Assembly: GCF_001194135.2 (NCBI RefSeq)
Contig: NC_068988.1
Span: forward strand, 19,874,745-19,928,135
Direction of reading: 5' to 3'
Source: Octopus bimaculoides
Taxonomy: Eukaryota
DNA length: 53,391 nucleotides
Below the pieces are notes generated by a model. That model had not been told where the DNA came from. It saw only the letters and a program-made list of their open reading frames with translations, and ran no database searches. Below, in pieces: positions 26,100 to 39,490 of this stretch (within the stretch, counting starts at the first letter, position 1; each line of letters begins with the position of its first letter). The position numbers were made by a program, and so were the translations under genes.

Positions 26100-26400
26100 A
26101 CAGCAATCTTCCCATATTTCCTGTCAATTTGAATATTACCCTTTGATTACCCCCGTCTCTGTAACCTACGTTGGTGACTTCAATATCCACAAACCTTCTC
26201 CGTTATCGCATTCTATCAAAATGGAGTACTGCAGCTGAAAAAACGGAATCTATTTCTCATCTAAAACACATATATCGATCAGTATCGTAAGTTCCTCGTA
26301 TTTCTGATACGCCAACATACAAAAATTTGTCTGTTCTTCATCCTGAACTACAGTTGTTATCTAATTATACAGTTTCTCTTCATATACAGCTGTGTAACAA
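26100..26400 (+). mobile_element. Decayed CR1/L2-type LINE endonuclease fragment
   Basis: TYVGDFNIHK at 26164-26193 (the GDFNIH motif); the surroundings are degraded. Confidence 0.4.
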
Positions 26401-27404
26401 CTGTCTAATTCAAACAACCCCTCATCGGAAATTTAGCATTAATTCCTCAATCAAGGGAACTGTTTAAACATGCAACTACTTTAATGTAACCGGACAGGAA
26501 CTGAAATACTCAAAGCTACTTAATTGCTTATCTATCTGAGATTGTAAGGTAAAGCAAATTATCGACGTATATATCCTCTGACGCATATATTTNNNNNNNN
26601 NNNNNNNNNNNNNNNNNNNNNNNNNNNNNNNNNNNNNNNNNNNNNNNNNNNNNNNNNNNNNNNNNNNNNNNNNNNNNNNNNNNNNNNNNNNNNNNNNNNN
26701 NNNNNNNNNNNNNNNNNNNNNNNNNNNNNNNNNNNNNNNNNNNNNNNNNNNNNNNNNNNNNNNNNNNNNNNNNNNNNNNNNNNNNNNNNNNNNNNNNNNN
26801 NTATATATATATATATATATATATATATCTTTGTGTGTATGTGTCCGTGTGTGTGTTTGCGTGCGTGTAAGTCTGCATATGTGTGTGCGCACCTGTGCGT
26901 GCATTTTGTGTGTATGCGAATGCACTGTTATCTACGTGCCAAAAGGTACGAGGTAAATTGAAAAACAAACAGAAACATGCTACATTTTTAATTAAACCCA
27001 CGGTCTTCCGCTGAGTGTTGGCCTATCTCTGATGGATGCATTATCCATTTCGATTCGGTGTTCAATTTCATTTGGCATCTAATTTGATTGGGCTCTACAC
27101 CTACTATCGATTATCAGCTATAAATTTGTCTGTTTAGAGATTCTGAAGAAGCAATATCTTCCTATTAAAACAGCGTTCATGACCTATATCAAATCATTTT
27201 GTATGAAGTCATTTACTTACTGAAATTATTTTTCCGATATATTACAGAATATCAATCATTTTCGCACGTTATCATACATTTTTTAATATAGATTAATAAA
27301 CTAATTATCAATAAATGTTTGCATATAAAATGCGTTTTTTTTTCTGTGATGGGTTGGTATATTCCTGTGTGTGCGTGCATTTCTGTTGGATAAGAGATTT
27401 ACGC

Positions 27405-27793
27405 GGAGGCGAAATGGCCCAGTGGTTAGGGCAGCGGACTGGCGGTCATAGGATCGCGGTTTCGATTCCCAGACCGGGCGTTGTGAGTGTTTATTGTGCG
27501 AAAACACCTAAAAGCTCCACGAGGCTCCGGCAGGGGATGGTGGCGAACACTGCTGTACTCTTTCACCACAACTTTCTCTCTTTATTCCTGTTTCTGTTGT
27601 ACCTGTAATTCAAAGAGCCAGCCTTGTCACACTGTGCCACGCTGAATCTTCCCGAGAACTACGTTAAGGGTACACGTGTCTGTGGAGTGCTCAGCCACTT
27701 GCACGTTAATTTCACGAGCAGGCTGTTCCGTTGATCGGATCAACTGGAACCTTCAACATCGTAAGCAACGGAGTGCCAACAACAACAGCAAAC
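27405..27793 (+). mobile_element. SINE family A, full length
   Basis: tRNA-like head with A box tggcccagtgg and B box gtttcgattccc. Perfect 12-bp TSD agagatttacgc (27393-27404 / 27794-27805). (AAC)n tail. Confidence 0.97.
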
Positions 27794-28140
27794 AGAGATT
27801 TACGCATGTAAATTGAGAAGGATTATTTAATCATAGTAACAGCAGATTAATAATAGTGACTGAAACTGTCTTTTCATGCGTTTCCAGTTCATTGGCTAAC
27901 TTCACTATTTGTCACATTTCACGAAATTGTTTAAAACCAACATGATTATTAATTTTCCATGCACTGACTTGCTGAAGTATTGAAAATGAACAGTTTCTGT
28001 TCCGTTAATATTGATTACGGCTCCCAAATTTATGGCCAGATGAAAAGATTGAATATTAATATTTATAATATCCCACATATCTGCATGCGATACGAGCGAC
28101 TCAATCTTAGAGCTAAAAGGTAGAACTTTTAACCTAGAAA

Positions 28141-28339
28141 TGTTGTTGTTGGCACTACGTCGCTTACGAGATCGGGGGTTCCAGTTGATCTGATCAACGG
28201 AAAAGCCTGCACGTGAAATTAACATGCAAGTGGCTGAGCACTCCATAGACACGTGTACCCTTAACGCAGTTCTCGGGGATATTCAGCGTGACACAGTGTG
28301 ACAAGGCTGACCCTTTGAATTACAAGCACAACAGAAACA
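28141..28339 (-). mobile_element. SINE family A, 3' half only
   Basis: Matches the 3' ~200 bp of the other family A copies. Confidence 0.92.
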
Positions 28340-28359
28340 AAAATTATTATTATTATTAA

Positions 28360-28545
28360 GGTTACTGCCTGGAATCGAACTCGGAATCTTGAGGTTAGTA
28401 GCCAGCGTTCTTAATGATTATGCCATATGCCCGTGGACTCATGGCGTAGTGGTTTTGTTATTCAAAAATATAGAAGTGAGCTGGAAGAATCGTTAGCTTG
28501 CCAGGAAAAATACTTAGCAGCATTTCGTCCATCTTTACGTTCTGA
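28360..28545. mobile_element. Two SINE head fragments (minus-strand tRNA-like head about 28365-28430; family C head about 28478-28545 on plus)
   Basis: ggaatcgaactc is a reverse B box. gagctggaagaatcgttagc...ttagcagcatttcgtccatctttacgttctga matches the family C head. Confidence 0.55.
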
Positions 28546-28655
28546 TGCGCGTATATGTTGCGTGTGTATGTGTGAGTGTGTATGTATGTGTGTGTACGTA
28601 TGTGTGTATGTGTGAGTGTGAGTGTGTGTGAGTGTATGTGAGTGTGTGTGTATAT

Positions 28656-28695
<40 letters not shown>

Positions 28696-29638
28696 AGAGA
28701 GAGAGACAGAGAGACAGAGAGAGCACATGTCAGATTTACATAGTATCAGATCTGCGTTGGAATGTCTTCACTAAAACAAATATCCGGATGGGGGGGGGGG
28801 AATCGAAGACAAAAACAGTGCAGTCGTATACACATCACTTGCAGTCGGGTTTCATAATACTATTATATACCAATTCCTGTACAGAACAACATTAAAAGTT
28901 AGGACAAAACAATACCAATATGAATATAAAATGACGTGTTAGCTTTAGCATACACGAGTGTGCCAGCGACAGTGTCTATATACGTAATTCGGTATTTATT
29001 CATCTATGTATTGATTTCTCGAGGTATTGTGGCATTCTGTGTAGTTCCATATATGTGTTTACATAAGTGACAGTATGTTGGTATAGAGGATTATACACAT
29101 GTGCTAAAAATATCAAAGACCGGTGTCGGTACAACAATGTTATTTATTTTCCAGAGTGAACTTCTTAATAAAACTTCAGCTAATCGTGGTTTGCTTTGTA
29201 TACACGCACCACACCACAGACACGAACACACATAGACACACATGCATACATATTTGCAGATATATATATATATATATATANNNNNNNNNNNNNNNNNNNN
29301 NNNNNNNNNNNNNNNNNNNNNNNNNNNNNNNNNNNNNNNNNNNNNNNNNNNNNNNNNNNNNNNNNNNNNNNNNNNNNNNNNNNNNNNNNNNNNNNNNNNN
29401 NNNNNNNNNNNNNNNNNNNNNNNNNNNNNNNNNNNNNNNNNNNNNNNNNNNNNNNNNNNNNNNNNNNNNNNNNNNNNNNNNNNNNNNNNNNNNNNNNNNN
29501 NNNNNNNNNNNNNNNNNNNNNNNNNNNNNNNNNNNNNNNNNNNNNNNNNNNNNNNNNNNNNNNNNNNNNNNNNNNNNNNNNNNNNNNNNNNNNNNNNNNN
29601 NNNNNNNNNNNNNNNNNNNNNNNNNNNNNNNNNNNNNN

Positions 29639-29934
29639 TGACCACTCCACAGACACGTGTATCTTTAACGTAGTTCTCGGGGATATTCAGCGTGACACAG
29701 AGTGTGACAAGGCTGGGCCTTTGAATTACAGGTACAACAGAAACAGGAAGTAAGAGTGAGAGAAAGTTGTGGTGGAAGAGTACAGCAGGGTTCACCACCA
29801 TCGCCTGTCGGAGCCTCGTGGAGCTTTTAAGTGTTTTCGCTCAATACACACTCACAACGCCCTGGCTGGGAATCGAAGCCGCGATCCTATGACCACGAGT
29901 CCGCTGCCCTAAACACTGGGCCATTGCGCCTCCA
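29639..29934 (-). mobile_element. SINE family A; 3' end lost in the gap
   Basis: Matches the 8111 copy over about 295 bp. Confidence 0.95.
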
Positions 29935-30435
29935 CACTCATATATATGTATACATAAACACACATCTATCAATCTATGTATGTATGTATGTATGTATCTA
30001 TCTATATGTGTGTGTGTGTGTGTGTGTGTATGCACACACACGTACACACACAAACACATATACACACAAGCACACACTTATATGTATACTAAAAGGGGCA
30101 TCATCTTTGCAAATCACCAAAAGTGATCATTCAAATCATCGTCTATGTGCGCAATATGCTATTTTAAATGGAACTAAATGCATAGAACATCACAGCAGCT
30201 GTGGTTGTAGTAATAACTGTTATAGCATAGGTGGTGAAGGCAACGGTCGTGGCTGCATTGGTAGTGGTAGCCGTGGTACTATCTTTCCATCTTCGTCAGA
30301 ACGTTAATATATTTATTTGGATTAAGTAGCATTGGGATCTAGTTTGTTTGCTAACAAAACATTTATGCCAACTCCCTTTAGACTTCATAGTCTACAGGAT
30401 GACCAAGCATCGCATTCTTGAACATTTGCTCATTG

Positions 30436-30475
<40 letters not shown>

Positions 30476-31245
30476 TATATATGTATATGTGTGTGAGAGA
30501 GTGACAGAGAGAGACAGTGTGATTGCATGGACGACGTTTTCGGGCTTAAGTAAATAATTGACAAACACTATTTGTTTTTTTTTAAACACATCAACACTTT
30601 TGGTTGCCTAGGAAACGGAAAATTAGCTGGTGGCTGGATTGATACAGTTGCGATATCAATCAACACTATGGATAACCCTGAAATATAAAAGATAAATAGA
30701 GCAGAAAAAAAAACAAGAATGACATCAAAGAACTATATACCCCACTGCAAATATAAGAACCATTAGGCTTCCCTAACTTCGTCCAGTGATTCCATTACAG
30801 CTCTTGTGTTCTATCGTTTAATCCCGAAATGATTTAATGTATAGATTCACTTGAAATTCCACATTTTGTGAAAATGTCACTAACCCCTTAAGTCTTGTCA
30901 AGTTTGGCCATTTCTTTGTTTGGTTTCTTCGCTAGTTTGTTTTACATTTGGTTTTTAGTTTTCTTCCAAGTTCCTGTTCCTTGTTGACATTCCTGCGTTC
31001 ACTTGCATTAATATTGATAATAATAGATGGTGTTCGTAATATTAATAATAATGAGATCTTAAGTTGTTTCGAGGTTTCGCAGTGAGGGGACGGCGAAGGG
31101 TGTGTATGTATGATTTACGTAATAGACTCTTGCTACTTGACTACTACTTGTCCTATCCACTGTGTTTGGATGAAAGGTAAAGAGAAGAGAAGGCATTTGT
31201 GAGAGTGGAACTCCAAGTGTAGAAACGTACTGATGGCCATGTGCT

Positions 31246-31402
31246 AGATGATGATGATGATGATGATGACGACGACCACGACCACAACGATCACGACGAT
31301 GATGATGATGATGATAAGATGGAGGAAGAAGAAGAAGAAGAAGAAGAAGAAGAAGAAGAAGAAGAAGAAGAAGAAGAAGAAGAAGAAGAAGAAGAAGAAG
31401 AA

Positions 31403-31434
<32 letters not shown>

Positions 31435-31436
31435 GC
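31246..31436. repeat. Compound trinucleotide array (GAT)(GAC)(GAT)(GAA)(CAA)
   Basis: Direct read of the sequence. Confidence 0.97.
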
Positions 31437-32694
31437 AATAAAAATGATAATAATTTGGCTTTTCACATTAAATTCGTTCCCTTTGCCTTCAAAGATAATC
31501 CAAGTAGCTCATTTATTCTCCCACTTCCGCAAAAGGCCGTCTCACTTAACTGATCAGGGCTCTCTTTGAATCTTCGGATAGAAGGAGGAAAGCATTCGCG
31601 ACCTAAGTAAGGTACGAATGTCTAACACGCTATATTTTGACCAACTTTGTAATAGATTACGTCAAGCCAGTATTAGCCTTGTAATAATCGTGTAGCCTGT
31701 TTTATGTTTCCAGCGCAAAAGGAGTTTTCTTGTGCAAGTTTACACTTGAGTACAACAGGGTTTAGTTAGCATTCATACAATTTCCCTTAACTTTGTGTGT
31801 AAGTGGTGTTCTTCAAAGCTACATTTGTGTGTACGTGATGTTCTTGAAAGCTACATTTTTTAAAGTCATATTGTGCAGTTCTTCCAAATTCATACTTCTG
31901 CAAAGTTTCACATTTTGTTTTCTGCTTGGTTACTGTTTTACTCTGTTCAACATTACAATTTCCTTTGTAATCTGAAGCTTTTGTTGTCTTCGACTTACAC
32001 TTCTAGCCTCAAATTTCGGGAAGCGATATAGGAGATTAAATCATCTCAGTATTTGACTGGCATTTCATTTCATCGCATATCGGAATCATGAAAGGGCATG
32101 CCGACCTGAAAGTGATATGAAGTGAGAATGTATAGTGTCTTAGCTACATACCGCAGGCTATTTTGCACAATGTTCAAAAGAATCTATGAATCCAGAATAC
32201 AATAAACGTAAAATGTTACTCATACTGCAACATTTTTGCTATCGGCATTACATTTATTACAGCTTGGAGTGATAACTGGTATACTAACTCACCATAGTTT
32301 TGAGCTTTTGTCTCTTAGATTATTTTCCAAATTTTCCCCACTCTCAGCCTTAGAAGAGAATCATTGGAAATCGATATTTTTCTACTATCGACGTACTGGA
32401 TCAATTAAAGCATTTCTGAACTTCTTATACAAAATAAAAACGTTTACCTAGTTTAAAATAAATAATAATATACAAATATCGCTTACTGGAATATGAAGAG
32501 AATACTCAATAATTGAAATAGAGAGAGCCTATATTTGTAACTCACCACACGGCAAATATATCTATGAACCGGTAAATATTCACGTAATCAGCCGTAAGGA
32601 AACGTAATAATTTCCGAACCCTGGTAGAATTGAAAAGTAGAATGTGGATGCACAAAATTAAACATTATTATCTATTCTTCTTCAGACAATTGAA

Positions 32695-32885
32695 GGCAAA
32701 ATCTTTAGCACGCCAGACAAGATGCTTGACGAATTTCGTCCGTCTTCGCGATTTGAGTTCCAACGACAGCGAAGTAGACTTTGTTTTTCATCCTTACGGC
32801 GTCGATAAAAGAAAGTACCAGTTTATCACTAGGTCTGATGTAATCGACTAAAATTTCAAGACTTCTGCCTATTGTAGAAAAGACT
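32695..32885 (+). mobile_element. SINE family C, degraded
   Basis: tagcacgcc...tttcatccttacggcgtcgataaaagaaagtaccagt matches the 46983 copy. Confidence 0.75.
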
Positions 32886-34725
32886 AACCTTTTAGCTGTG
32901 TGGATAATGTAAAATCTGAACAAAAGCATTTCTGCCTCCTTAAGAGTGTATAGAACCCCATTATCTAACGTATCCATTACTTACGAGAGAGAACAGGTTG
33001 TGGTTAGAGGGAGATTTGACTGCTATTACTAGTAGTCTAGATGACACCGATGCTTCAGTTTACTGATTCATGTTCTTTCTTTTCCAGATTCCAATTTTTA
33101 ATGTTCACGACCATGGCAGAATGATAGCGTAGCAATAAAGTAAATAGGATTACTTCATTCGCATACCTACCTACCTACCTACCTACTTACCTACCTATCT
33201 ACCTACATTATATACTCACATAATACATATGTACTTATACATGTATTAATATATTTATATGTATGTGTTTGCATGTATATATTTATATAGATTGATAACT
33301 AGATAGATATAGATATGTATATNNNNNNNNNNNNNNNNNNNNNNNNNNNNNNNNNNNNNNNNNNNNNNNNNNNNNNNNNNNNNNNNNNNNNNNNNNNNNN
33401 NNNNNNNNNNNNNNNNNNNNNNNNNNNNNNNNNNNNNNNNNNNNNNNNNNNNNNNNNNNNNNNNNNNNNNNNNNNNNNNNNNNNNNNNNNNNNNNNNNNN
33501 ATATATATATATATATATATATATATAAATCTATATATACATATATATGTATATGTATATATTCATATGTATACTTACAGTTGTAACGTTTTTTTGTGGA
33601 AAATTACATGCTAATGTACGTTTTTAATATAGTTTGAAAGGAACAAATAGTCGTTGAAGCACTTAATATTATTAACTTCATCTTTCAGGTGTGCAAATCG
33701 ACTGCAGTTTTATGCACTCAATGTTATTATGTACAGGTCAATGGTATTTGTATCATAAAGTGCATGCGTGTATTTGCATTTTATTGTGTTTGTTTGCAAG
33801 CATCATAGGCATACTTCCACAATTGGCAATAGTTATAGCACTGTCTTTTTAGAAAGATTGCAAAGAGTATATATAGTATATATATAAAAATATGTCTAAT
33901 GAAACACCATTTTCAAATAGACATATAAAAAAATCCCATGGGCTACGCTCTCCTTTTTCATCTACCACTTAATGTAATGGTGTCTAGTAATCATTAAATA
34001 CATTCCCACAAATGAGGGAACTTAATAATCTGATAAAAACAAACCACTGACTTTCAATATTGCCGCCATTATAACTCAAAGAGATTATCAAAATAGCCTC
34101 AACGGTAACTAAAGAAAAAATTGGTTATGTTCGTAAAATAAAATGGTTCGAAATAAAAATTTTTGGTATAGATGTGTATTATGTATAATAAACTAAATTC
34201 ATTTCTAAATGGACATGATAGTGAAATAAATAATAAATTTAAGACGATTCAGGTTTGTAATCAATGCTGGATTTTAAGACCTTTTCACAGATGTATCTGA
34301 GTAATTCAACAGCACCAGATATTTTACGTGCAAAATCTACCCATGTAATATAAACACACAAATACCTTGCCTATTGGTTAATATGGTCTGGATAATAATA
34401 TTTTTTATGAACATGAAATATATGAATAGTATACAGAAATAGTATGTTTTAAATTTAATTGCTAACCTTCAAATAAAAAAAGAGCTTATTAAATTATTCT
34501 CTAAAATTAGCACACTTTTGTATAGTCTTATAATATGCATGTATGTGCTACAATATCAACTGTGAGGTATCAAGAGACTGCGACACGGTCTCTCGGGTGT
34601 CTCCTCCTATCTTGTATCTCACATCATCGAATTAATAGAAGCAGTGTGCCTATAATCTTATTGTGTAATTTTCTTTGAAATTTTTTTTTCTAACATTTCT
34701 TTCAATATTTCTTTCTAAGATTTAT

Positions 34726-34855
34726 ATGCAAATGTTAACCCTTCTATTTCATGCAAATGTTAACCCTTCTATTTCATGCAAATGTTAACCCTTCTATTTC
34801 ATGCAAATGTTAGCCATTCTATTTCATGCAAATGATATCCTTTCTTTTTCATGCA
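34726..34855. repeat. 25-bp minisatellite, about 5.2 copies (atgcaaatgttaacccttctatttc)
   Basis: Units start at 34726, 34751, 34776, 34801, 34826 and 34851. The first three are identical; the later ones diverge. Confidence 0.97.
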
Positions 34856-37354
34856 GACATTATTCATAAACTATATATTTTTTTAATTNNNNNNNNNNNN
34901 NNNNNNNNNNNNNNNNNNNNNNNNNNNNNNNNNNNNNNNNNNNNNNNNNNNNNNNNNNNNNNNNNNNNNNNNNNNNNNNNNNNNNNNNNNNNNNNNNNNN
35001 NNNNNNNNNNNNNNNNNNNNNNNNNNNNNNNNNNNNNNNNNNNNNNNNNNNNNNNNNNNNNNNNNNNNNNNNNNNNNNNNNNNNNNNNNNNNNNNNNNNN
35101 NNNNNNNNNNNNNNNNNNNNNNNNNNNNNNNNNNNNNNNNNNNNNNNNNNNNNNNNNNNNNNNNNNNNNNNNNNNNNNNNNNNNNNNNNNNNNNNNNNNN
35201 NNNNNNNNNNNNNNNNNNNNNNNNNNNNNNNNNNNNNNNNNNNNNNNNNNNNNNNNNNNNNNNNNNNNNNNNNNNNNNNNNNNNNNNNNNNNAGCATAGT
35301 CGAATTTACTGCTGGAATACCGTATTGATGAAGGAAATTGAGTATCACTCATAATCCAGAAACGCGTCTACAGTTAACCTTCGGAATGGTTAGTTTTCAT
35401 TGTTTTTTCTTCTTGTTTTTGCCTTTGTGAGTTACAAGTGATGCTATCTGTGGGATTCTCAGCTTTTTTAGCTGCTATTTCTGAACTTCGGTATATGGTG
35501 AAGCAAATATTTGCTGATCCCTTAATTATGTTTATAAATATATATGAGCTGTTAAATAAGTTCTCCACCAATAATGGTGCTTACATACCGATGGGCTTGG
35601 TAAAAATTATTAATTATTAATTGATTTATTAATTAATAAATTGATAATCCTTTACCCTTTTAATTTGTAATAATTATGTAGATAGATAGATAGATATACT
35701 TCTATACGTGTAGATTATATCTATAACTTGTATACAGATGTATATATACGTGTGTAAAAGCGTACGTGCGTGCGTGTGCGCGCTTGCCCTTATCTATGTG
35801 TGAGATTGTGAGTGTTTGTGTGTATGTGTGTCTATTATTTTGTGGACATGTACTTCTTTTTAAATGCATTACATCTAGCAGCAATATAACATATTCAAAT
35901 ATTCGAAACTGCAGCAATATTCATATTCAAATAGAGCCCACAGCTCTCTGAACTCCACGACCTAAAAAAAATAATAAAGAAATGTAATAGACAGGATCTA
36001 TGACTCAAAATCCATTCACAGAAAATAATTACCAAGACATATATTTAAAATAACTTCCTTTAGAGAGCTCTTCTCATACATCGTATCCGTTAATATCGAG
36101 CTCATTCAACAATTACTAACTACTCTCACATGTAAATCCTCCACTAGTACGCCTACCCATCTCTACTATTTTCGAATCCATTATCAGTACCTCCAATAAC
36201 ATCTATAGCTATGCGTTGAAGCATCTAGGGAATTGTTACTCAATGTTGTCAAATTTGTAACTTATTGATGTTGAAGTTATCTTCCCTTGACATTTCACTC
36301 CCATGTTCCTGAATTTATCGATTAGTTTCTTCTTTTGTTTATTCTTCATTACCGCTTTACTTGTTCTTTATTTCCTTCCATTCCCTTATTGAGGATTGCC
36401 AACAATAAGAGTGGGGCGCCCCAGCGTAGTCGGGCGATCAGTTGAAAAGAGAAGACAAATCTTCAAACATTCAAACACGCTTTATCATATTTTTTTTATG
36501 GTAGTAGAAATGGGTAATGTCGTTGTCTATTACTCTACCTAAAAGACGAATGCTGCTTAACACGATCGTGGTGGATTACGGGATAAGAAGAAAAAAATAA
36601 GCACACACAAACAAACACTAACATCACTTCGATTGAATGCAATGTGGTATATAGTTTCACCTTAATAGCCCTTGAGTACAGATCCATGTAAATTCAGGTA
36701 TAATCTTAATGTTTGTGAAATATATGCCAACCGAGAAGTAGCTAGTTTCCAAACATGGAATTGAAGTGCATTTAGAAAGTGTAAATATATCTTGCTATTA
36801 TATATTATTATTTAACTATAACAAAATTAACATAAACACAATCCCGGAATTTGAGAAACATATCAGGCGATGATATAGACCCCAATCAGTGCTAAGCTCT
36901 ATATTTTACCACAAGGGAAGAAAAGAAGGCTAAGTCGATCTCGAATCGAAAGCATTGAACTCGTAGCACAAATGTTGGAACTATCGCTTGTAACATATGT
37001 ATGATATTTGGAATTTAGGTGAAGGAATTTGTGAATTAATTTAACGTCACTACGAGTGTAGTATGGTAATTTATCGACCAAGGGATGAGAAAACGTAGAA
37101 TGTAGTTTTGTTGGATTTGATATTGAAGCAACTGAAAACAATCGTTCGATTCTCTATCGATACAATCAAGATACCACTGTAAATACGTTTAATTACAATG
37201 ACAATCAACGTCATTATCCCTTTCATTCATTTGGCAATCTCATCGCTATCACTAAAATTCCAATCATTTTCACAAAATATCCGGAATTAAAAAAAAAAAA
37301 TTATGAAACTTTTTTCGGCTCAAACTTTTTTTTCTGTATTTTTCATTATAAACC

Positions 37355-37713
37355 ATCATAATCATCATCATCATCATCATCATCATCATTATCATCATCA
37401 TCATCATCATCATCTTCAATAATCAAAATCTTCCTCATCGTGATCATCATCATCATCATCATCAATATCCTCCTCATAATTATCATCATAACCATTAGCA
37501 TTATCGACAACAATTACAACACCAACAATAATAACGATTGTATTATGATCAACTACATCATCATCATCATCAACATCAGTTACATCGTCATCGTTGTCGT
37601 TATTATTATTATTGTTCTATTTTTGTTAATCTGGCAATTTCATTATATTTTGTTTAATTTATTTTAATTTGCATTTTATTTCAGTAATTGCTACATTCTC
37701 TTGATCCCCCCCG

Positions 37714-37794
<81 letters not shown>

Positions 37795-38760
37795 ATTTCT
37801 ATCTTTCCCAACCTTTCCAGGAAAGAATTTTCTATTGAAACATGATTGAAAACGTTTCCATGTTTATTGTGAAAACATCTGTAATAGAATACTTTGGAAT
37901 GTTTTGTGTACCATTTTTTTGTCTTTCGAATAATTCTATCTAATTTCCTGCTGAGTATTACTCACAAGGTTCTTGTGAATATTGTTGCTGTTGTTGTTGT
38001 TGTTTCTGTTTCTGTTATTGTTGTTGTTTCTGTTTCTGTTATTGTTGTTGCTGTTGCTGTTTTAGAAATCGTTGATTTTTGTTTTATGTTATTATATACA
38101 TATTCTTGTTGTCTCTACCGATATATATTTTTTTTATTGCTCTCGTTTCTCTTGTTAAATATTTCTTGTATATTTTGATAAAATTTTTTATAGTTTATAT
38201 TAATACATTTTTGTTATTGTTTTCTTTTGTAATACATTCGCTGTTTATGTTATTATGCTATTGCCGTTACGTCTATAAATTTTGTTGTTTATGTTGATAT
38301 GTGTATGTTAGTTTGTTGTATTGTTGTTGCATTTGTTGATAATATTGTCTTTGTTGATTATATTATACTATGTCGTTATATGTTGTGTATAATCAATGTA
38401 GGAGTTAGGGTTAAAGCTAGTTCTGCTGCCGTGGTTTATATTTGTTTATAGTTTTATTAGTATAGATTTTTCTTATATATGTTGTATTTTTATTATTTCA
38501 GTTGAAAATAGTTTTATAGATTACATTATTATATTTATATCTTTAGTTTTTGTCGTATATTTTGTCGTTTATGTTATATAATTTTTGCATCCTAATAATG
38601 TTTTTCTTGATGATGCCAAATTTTGTTTGTTTTGTCATTGATGTTGGTATTTCATTCTTTTTTTTCTTTTCCTTCATTGTGGTTGGAAAAAATATTTTCA
38701 TGTTGTCATTGATTTTATCGTCGGTTATAATGTTAACAACGCTGATAAAGTTCGTTTTGT
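37355..38760. repeat. Decayed low-complexity domain: (ATC)n, (TC)n, then a long T-rich (TTG/TAT)-like tract
   Basis: Direct read; includes a short 24-bp duplication near 37995-38045. Confidence 0.8.
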
Positions 38761-39361
38761 CATAGCTAAGGTTAACGATAATATTGTTATTCTTTTGATG
38801 CTACCACAATAGGTAACTTCAACTAAAGCTAATGAATGATGACATCATTGCAGCAGACATTTGAATTGATAATATTATATTGATGAAGAAATGTAGGCGG
38901 GGTGATGTCTTTCTTTTTCTCATTACTGTCTCAGTCAGAGAAGTAAAAGTAGTGTCCATGACCTTTTTCCAAAGTTTTCAGGTAGGCAGGAGAAAGGGAT
39001 GAATGTATCCTTCGATCAAAAAATCTGCCTTTTTCTTCTTCCAACAGAGCGAAATGCATGAATGCACACAGTATGGAAGTAGGGAAGATTAAAATCAACA
39101 CCCAAGAACAAAAATTGCCTCCTGTTCGCATATGCTTGTAAATGCGTGCGTATTTGTGACTTTCCATTTTTACATAGTCAATAATTAATTCATCTGTTTT
39201 ATATCGCCGTTATATTAGGACTAAGATATTCATATTCGATTTCATGGTGGTGATATTATAGGTTTTGGTAGATACATCAACTGAACTCTTTAGATTAAAA
39301 AGTGGCTTACAACCAAAACGACAGCCATAAGAACAACGATAATAATGAATCCTTCTTCTGT

Positions 39362-39490
39362 AGGAACAAGGCCTGAAATTTTATGATGAGGAGGGAGTCG
39401 ATTACATCAAACTAAGTACTCACCTGTATATCGAAACACGTACTCAACCCGGAAATAATGAAATGTAAAGTAGACCTCATCGGAATATGA
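39362..39490 (-). mobile_element. SINE family C fragment
   Basis: acaaggcctgaaatttt...gtcgattacatc...aatgaaatgtaaagtagacctc matches the reverse complement of family C. Confidence 0.55.

Noticed and set aside
27405-27480. SINE heads as functional tRNA genes (also 51091, 8420-8491, 21240, 46983)
   Set aside because: They are fused to repeated SINE bodies, several with TSDs, and lack complete cloverleaf pairing.
31059-31553. Poly-Asp/Glu/Gln/Lys/Leu ORFs (also 6385-6827, 15382-15669, 18266-18618, 24489-24980)
   Set aside because: They are translations of simple repeats in several frames at once, with no unique coding context.
34726-34855. CRISPR-like array (also 10341-10420 and 53255-53304)
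   Set aside because: Units are contiguous with no unique spacers, there are no cas genes, and the context is eukaryotic.
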